A DNA stretch of 64,000 nucleotides from the NCBI RefSeq assembly GCF_009914755.1, contig NC_060938.1. One strand, given 5' to 3'. The translations under genes and the position numbers were made by a program. The stretch comes from the human T2T-CHM13v2.0 reference genome, Homo sapiens. The notes under the pieces are model-generated. The model saw only the letters and a list, made by a program, of their open reading frames with translations, ran no database searches and had not been told where the DNA came from. Of the stretch, positions 57,551-64,000 are shown in pieces (the first letter of the stretch is position 1; every line of letters begins with the position of its first letter).

Positions 57551-57798
57551 CGGTGCTGCAGGAAATCGTCCCTCCTCCTCCTCGCATGGTACACGTTCTC
57601 TTTGACTTATCTGCAGACACGGGCCTTGATGCTCATCTCCCTCTGTGAACTGCTCTCTTCTCCTCTGTCTTGCTCCAGTGGTTCCTCTGGCCACTCTTCC
57701 TTGGTGTGCCACACACCATGATCCCAATCTAGACTTTCTCCTAAGTGCAATCTTCAGCCCTACTCTCTCTATATTTTGGTACTGTTGCAAGGCCTTCG
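57551..57798 (-). other. Candidate internal exon (lncRNA or unrecognised coding)
   Basis: Minus strand: tcttcgcctttgttatttctgtctcAG | 248 nt purine-rich with one open frame | CCG/GTGAGT donor; non-repetitive. Confidence 0.4.
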
Positions 57799-57925
57799 CT
57801 GAGACAGAAATAACAAAGGCGAAGACCAAGGGTAAGGTAGTTGCTCAGAACACTTGGACAAGTGATCAAAGCCTGGTCCATGAGCCCAAAGAGAAGTCAG
57901 GAGCATGGCCAGAGGAACACGGTAG

Positions 57926-58344
<419 letters not shown>

Positions 58345-58349
58345 TAAAA

Positions 58350-58510
58350 GCAAGGAAGAAGAGAGAAAGAGAGAGAAAAAGAAGAAGGAATGAAGGAAAG
58401 AAGGGAGGGAGGGAAGGAGGAAGGAAAGAAGGAAGGAAGGAAGGAAGGAAGGAAGGAAGGAAGGAAAGAAAAAAAAAAAGAACAAGGAAAGAAAAAGGCA
58501 AGAAAGAAAG
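58350..58510 (+). repeat. Purine-rich tract with (GGAA)9
   Basis: (GGAA)9 at 58431-58466. Confidence 0.93.
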
Positions 58511-60159
58511 CTTTCCAGGTTCCACCTCTGGATGCTAATCACCAGGTTTGAAACAAGACCTGGGAATCTGCACTGTTACCGGCTAAGTTTGAGACTCCAT
58601 GCAAGTCGGAACATGGAGTTCCAGAGCCTTCAGACAAATCTGAGATCAAAGCTGGAAGAAATTAACAAGACAAAGTATTAGAACCATCATGTGGCTGTGT
58701 TCTTCAGAGCACTGATTCCTTAGTCCACTTATTTTGAAGGCCCAGGGCCCCAAGTCAGGGTATTACTTGATTCATGATCCCACTTGCTTCCACAGTTGTC
58801 GGCCTGGGGGGTGCAGGAGTTCCCAGAGGAAGCCGTGGTAACAGGCTGCCTCTCGTGAGGACAAGGGTGTCACAACACTTTTCCAAGCTTCAGGCCAACA
58901 CCCCTCCCAAGCCACCAGATGTTGCAACTGGACTCATGCCTGCGAGAGTCCAGCATGGCTTAAACTGGGTTCTCAGGCTCCCCATTCATCTTGTCAGGGT
59001 AGAGGAGGCTAGAACATGGGATCCTGTTGGGGGTAGGGTGGGAGGGAAAGCAAGCTGATGAATGCTAACCTTGGCATGTGGGTTTCAAGTGGTTCATAGT
59101 GAAAAAACAACAGCGCAAACAACAGCACTCTGTATTTTCCCTTCAGCATGATTGCTTTAAGGCAAATCTGCTGCTGCATCTTCTCCCAGTTCTTTGTTTC
59201 TCTTGAATAGGGTGTATCTGAACCCCATCACTGAGGGTGACCTAAGGGTCTTTGTGACCCAGGAAGAACTTAGAGTTCTGCAGAATATTTCTTCATACTC
59301 TTCAAAGCTTAGGTTTATAATCAGATAAATCCAATTCATTAGATCAGCCAGGTGCAAGACACCTGGGAAGTTGCTACTAGGTACACGCAACAACTGTCTG
59401 GCCTTTTCCATGACTCTTCTGTTTACTTCATCCCTCTGTTTGCCTCTCCACTTCAGGTGGAGCCTAATATCAGACATCTGGAGCAAGTTTAAAATGTACT
59501 GACGCAACTCAGATATACAAAATCACTATACTTTATTTCTTGCTAACTTAGATAGCACACAACTTAGATCGCAAGCCAAACTTCTGGAACTCTTAATCTT
59601 GTGAATTCAACTTGTCCAAAGGGGTCCAGGACTCTGCAAGGCTGTCCTCACCTTTACTGATCCATTACACAGGCATTGCTCTGTGGGTCTTCCACGCTCC
59701 TACTAAACCCTGGGAATTAGGGCAATTATCGTTTCTGCCCTGGGATTCCCTCTGGGATTCAACCCCCGGAACACACAGTTTGCTGGCACCCCTTCTGAGG
59801 CACCCACTACGTCCTCACCTCTCATTGTGTCTCCTCCGATCCTTTCTTCCTTGATGTTAGTTGAATTCATATTTCCTTTCAAGCTGGAAACCAGCTGTCA
59901 TTCCCAACCCCCCTGCACATGATAAAAGCTCTGTGCTCTCAGTCTACCAGGCTTTTGGCTTTCGATATTAAAAGTGAAGGGTTTGGAATTCAAAGTCCTT
60001 CTCTCCACTAAGGGCCTGTTTCTGCCCTGAAAGCTGTACTATTTGGGTATGAAATACTGAACTGGTTGATTTTTTTTTTCAGCAGACAGTTATTGAGGGC
60101 CTGCTTTATTCCATTCACATGATCAGACATGCAGAAATGAATTTAACAGGTCCTTGCCT

Positions 60160-60322
60160 CTTCACTCAATGTGTAGCCCATTGATCAGCAGATTGGCATC
60201 ATCTGGGAACTCACTAGAGAGAGAGCATCTCAGACCCCACCCAAGACCTGCAGAATCAGAATCTGCATTTTAACAAGAAGCCCAGCAAATTCAAGTGCAT
60301 ATTAACATTTGAGGAACACAGG
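60160..60322. mobile_element. MER5A1-like MITE
   Basis: ggcatcatctgggaact...tctcagaccccaccc...gaatcagaatctgcattttaacaag...tttgaggaacac. Confidence 0.8.
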
Positions 60323-61267
60323 TCTCTTGCCTTATTCACTAGCCCACAATATATACCCATATTTGACAGATATGGAAATGAGGCCCAAAACCAGATGAGA
60401 ACTCCACCTGGAAGCATCAGGTTATAATTGGAAATCCAAGTCTCTTCCACCCAATGCCCTTCCCCTACCCCCATCTTTTGGTCCAGAGGGCCCATACATT
60501 TCAGTCTCAGGCCTTAAGCAAAGCCAGGATCATCATTCTTATTCCATCCCTCTTCAGTTCTGTGCACAGCAGGGAGCTCTGGAAGGCCTTGCTGGAGCCA
60601 TCTGAGACCTGACACAGCATCTGTAAAGGAAGTGCTCTCCAAATCCTGTTTGAAATGTGTTTATTTATTTCTAATCCATAAACATTTTGGAGTGCTCACC
60701 ACATGCAAAGTCTTGGGCTGGATGAATCAGAGAAAACAAAGTGGAATATAACAACCTCAGGACACACCCCAGGGTCACAGTCTGGTTGGGGAAACAGACA
60801 CTATCAATATACAATTTGCGGTGGCTTTAGTGGAGATTACATGGGGTTTTATTTACTTTACTATGGAGTAGACACTTAAAACATTTATCCCTAAAGGTAA
60901 CTATTAGATTAGTCAATCACACCAGACTTTTAATACAAACATTGAGAATCAATTTTGAGGTTAAAGCAGGTAGAACCTGAATCTGTGGTGAGAGGAGTAC
61001 AACTTTTAGAAAAGAAAATTATTCGACTACATAATCAGACGTTAATGGAGAAAGCATATTACTAAACCTGGCGGGGGCGGCAGTGGTTTTTTGTTGTTTC
61101 TGTTGTTCTTTGGGCTTGAAATAGGATATTCTGGCTATCTAGCGTTCCGGCAAACTAAGAGTTACTGTATAGGAAGTGTGAAAACAAAGTCAGTAAGATT
61201 GATTCCAAAAAAGACATTATGAAATCCATGTTCAGAACATTTCATTTATAGTGAATATACCTTATTA

Positions 61268-61575
<308 letters not shown>

Positions 61576-61879
61576 AGAAAACAATCATTCTTAATCCTGA
61601 AGCTAACCTGAGTATAATTCTCTTGTAATGCATTTCTCAAAGCATTTTGAAACATTACGAAATGTTAGGATCATTTTGTAAATATTAAATATAACTAAAG
61701 GAATTCTATATTTAAAATATGATTTATCTTTCTAGTGACTTGGAGTCCAGAAACTGATAGCTTACTATATCTAAATGCAACTTCACAATGAGAAGCTAAT
61801 GTATTTGTTGACCAAAAAGTGTACAAAATCCATAAAACAGACTATATTCCAATTGGCAAATAATTCATTGATAACCTTT

Positions 61880-62167
61880 TTTTTTTTTGAGACAGGGTCT
61901 TACTCTGTTGCCAGGCTGGAGTGTAGTGGCACCGTTACGGCTCACTGCAGCCTCAACCCCCATGGAGATAAGCGATCCTCTCACCTCTCAGTCTCCTGAG
62001 TAGCTGGGACTATAGGCATGCACCACCACCCCCAGCAAATTTTTGTATTTTTTGTAGAGACTGAGTTTCATCATGATGCTGAAGCTGCTCTTAAATTCCT
62101 GGACTGAAGCAACCTACCCACCTTGGCCTCTGAGAGTACTGGGATTATAGGCATGAGCCACCATGCC
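61880..62167 (-). mobile_element. AluJ, near full length
   Basis: TSD TTCATTGAT(A/C)A(C/T)CTTT at 61864-61879 and 62168-62183. Confidence 0.93.
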
Positions 62168-62194
62168 TTCATTGATCATCTTTAATAAACTGTG

Positions 62195-62295
62195 TGAGCC
62201 ATCACTTGGTCCCTTTCCAGGTCTTTGGAAGAGGATCATGCAAATGAGGGGTCCTAACACATCAGCTTCATTAGCTTCAAAATGTCTATGCTTCT
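62195..62295. mobile_element. MER115/Zaphod-type terminal fragment
   Basis: tgcaaatgaggggtcct...agcttcattagcttca, similar to the end at ~6545-6570. Confidence 0.45.
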
Positions 62296-63389
62296 CTGCC
62301 CAGAAGGGATGCTTTATTTGTCTAATTTGCACACACTCCACATAGGCTAACAGTGATCCTAGCTAATCTAAAAACATATGAAATTTACTACTTATATGAG
62401 TATTTAAAAGTTGGAGTTTATTATCCTTGCAGTTCAATAATGTTAAATCTTGGTGTTTCTTCTGTTAAAAAAATTTAAGCAAAAACCATATAAACCATCA
62501 CTTTTTTAGCACCCTCTAAAACCAACTCAATTTTAGAATCACTTTAAAAGGCAAAGCTCATACAGTAGGTAAGAACTTGGTATAGACATCTAGACATGGT
62601 TAAATCTGATTTTTAATCAAAAAGAGTATTCATGGGTAAATGGGAAAGATGTATGGACTTTTAAAAAAACATTTTAGCAAAAAAAAAAAAAATGGGAATG
62701 ATAGAAATAATGTTGGCAAAAGGTTGATAATTGTTGAAGCTGGGAATGGATACATAAAGAAGCATTACATTTTTGTCTTTTTTGCTTATACCTAACCAAG
62801 TTTCTTTAAAAAATCCCAGTTCTTTTTTAAAAATACCTTTTTGAAAGATGTATATCAAACTACGCATTGTAATAAGCTCAAAAAAGCAGATTTAGGGTTC
62901 AGAGGATGAAAATAATCTTGGTTCTCCACTTTACAATTTGAGGAAAGAATAAATCATTAATGATTTGATCTGTGCATTGCCCTTATTCACAATGTATATA
63001 TTATCTATCAGTAATATCCAATATTATTATTATGAATGTTGTGCTATTTTGTTATTCTTATGTCCGCCAAGTTATATTAACTCACAATGTGCTTAATAAC
63101 AAATATCTGATGAAGAATATATTTAAAGTTTAGATTTTTAGTAAGTGTGAAATGAACTAGGAAAAAATATAGAGATACCTGGACATCTGTAGTGAAGTCT
63201 GAAGAAAATAAAACAGTGAGAGAAGTAGCCCTCTACAAGATCTTCTTCTCCATCCTAAAACAGCACTCTGCATTATTTATTCACTCAACAAATATTTATT
63301 GAATGAGTTCTACATGGCGGCTTCAGCACAAAGGTGGACAAGACTAAAAAAGAACCTATTGTCTTAAGAGTCAAATCCTAGAAGAGGAT

Positions 63390-64000
63390 TTTTTCTTCCA
63401 ATGAAGATGAAATAAACAGGGGCCAACTTTGCACTCTCATCTTAAACAACTAGAGAACTGACAAAATACAGGAAACAATGGTTTTAGATACCGGACAGCA
63501 AGAAGTGCAAGACTGTGATCCCTGAGAATGGGGAAATAAACAAGGTGAGGCTTGCAATAAAGCAGCTTATTGCCTAAAGAGGGTTTCCATGTTGCAGGGC
63601 AGGATGGGGAAACAAACACAATCTAATGGTCTCACTGAGGTGGGGAGACAGAGACAGGAGTTATCAGGAGGCCAAGACAGTTAAGGCAGAATGCCAGACA
63701 GAGAGCTCTGAAGAGTGGGAGAGGGGTACTGTAAAGTTTTCATTTACTACTGCCCTCCTTATGCCTGAAAGAAAACTACTTGAGAGCAGAGAAAAGGAAA
63801 GGAAGAAGCAAATTTCTAGCATTTACACAGGGCTGAGAATAGTTCAGGTTGGCCCCATTCAGGTTAGCAAAAAAACTTCATAATACACAGGATATTGGGA
63901 ACAATCCTCAGAGGATATTGCCTTAGTAGTGTGGTTAAATTAGCCCTAGACTAAATATTGCTCTAGACTTACACTGATAAGGTTTAAAAGCAAGCTCAAA
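63390..64000 (+). mobile_element. Old L1M (L1MC/MD-type) 5' region, runs off window
   Basis: gacaaaatacaggaaacaatggttttagat...gactgtgatccctgaga...gccttagtagtgtggttaaattagccctagactaa. Confidence 0.6.

Noticed and set aside
59157-59507. 116-aa minus-strand ORF as processed pseudogene or exon
   Set aside because: No recognisable homology, non-ATG start, no poly-A/TSD; a tBLASTn/BLASTP hit would reopen it

Overview
Primate (most likely human) non-coding genomic DNA, either a large intron or intergenic/lncRNA territory. It is AT-rich and CpG-depleted, with no CpG island. I recognise no protein-coding exon, RNA gene or CRISPR-type array, and I cannot name the locus. Almost all long ORFs in the track come from Alu, L1 ORF2 remnants or microsatellites. 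The window is dominated by transposon fossils: about 15 Alu/Alu-monomer copies (many with readable TSDs), several 5'-truncated L1s (all on +), many L2/MIR fragments, solo ERVL/MaLR LTRs and DNA transposons (Tigger2a, Ricksha, Zaphod-like, MER5, MER20, MER102). Most notable: (i) a perfect 13-bp Maf palindrome plus an L2-borne NRF2/NF-E2 site nearby; (ii) circumstantial evidence for a minus-strand host transcript, including a 248-nt candidate exon bracketed by inverted Alus; (iii) a nested MIR>Ricksha(HERV-L/MLT2 capture)>AluJ stack; (iv) a 305-nt uninterrupted pyrimidine tract ending in CAG at an antisense Alu; (v) a close inverted AluJ pair. I found no well-supported novel biological system. 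Repeat family and subfamily names are from recalled consensus sequences and need RepeatMasker/Dfam confirmation; boundaries of old repeats are approximate.
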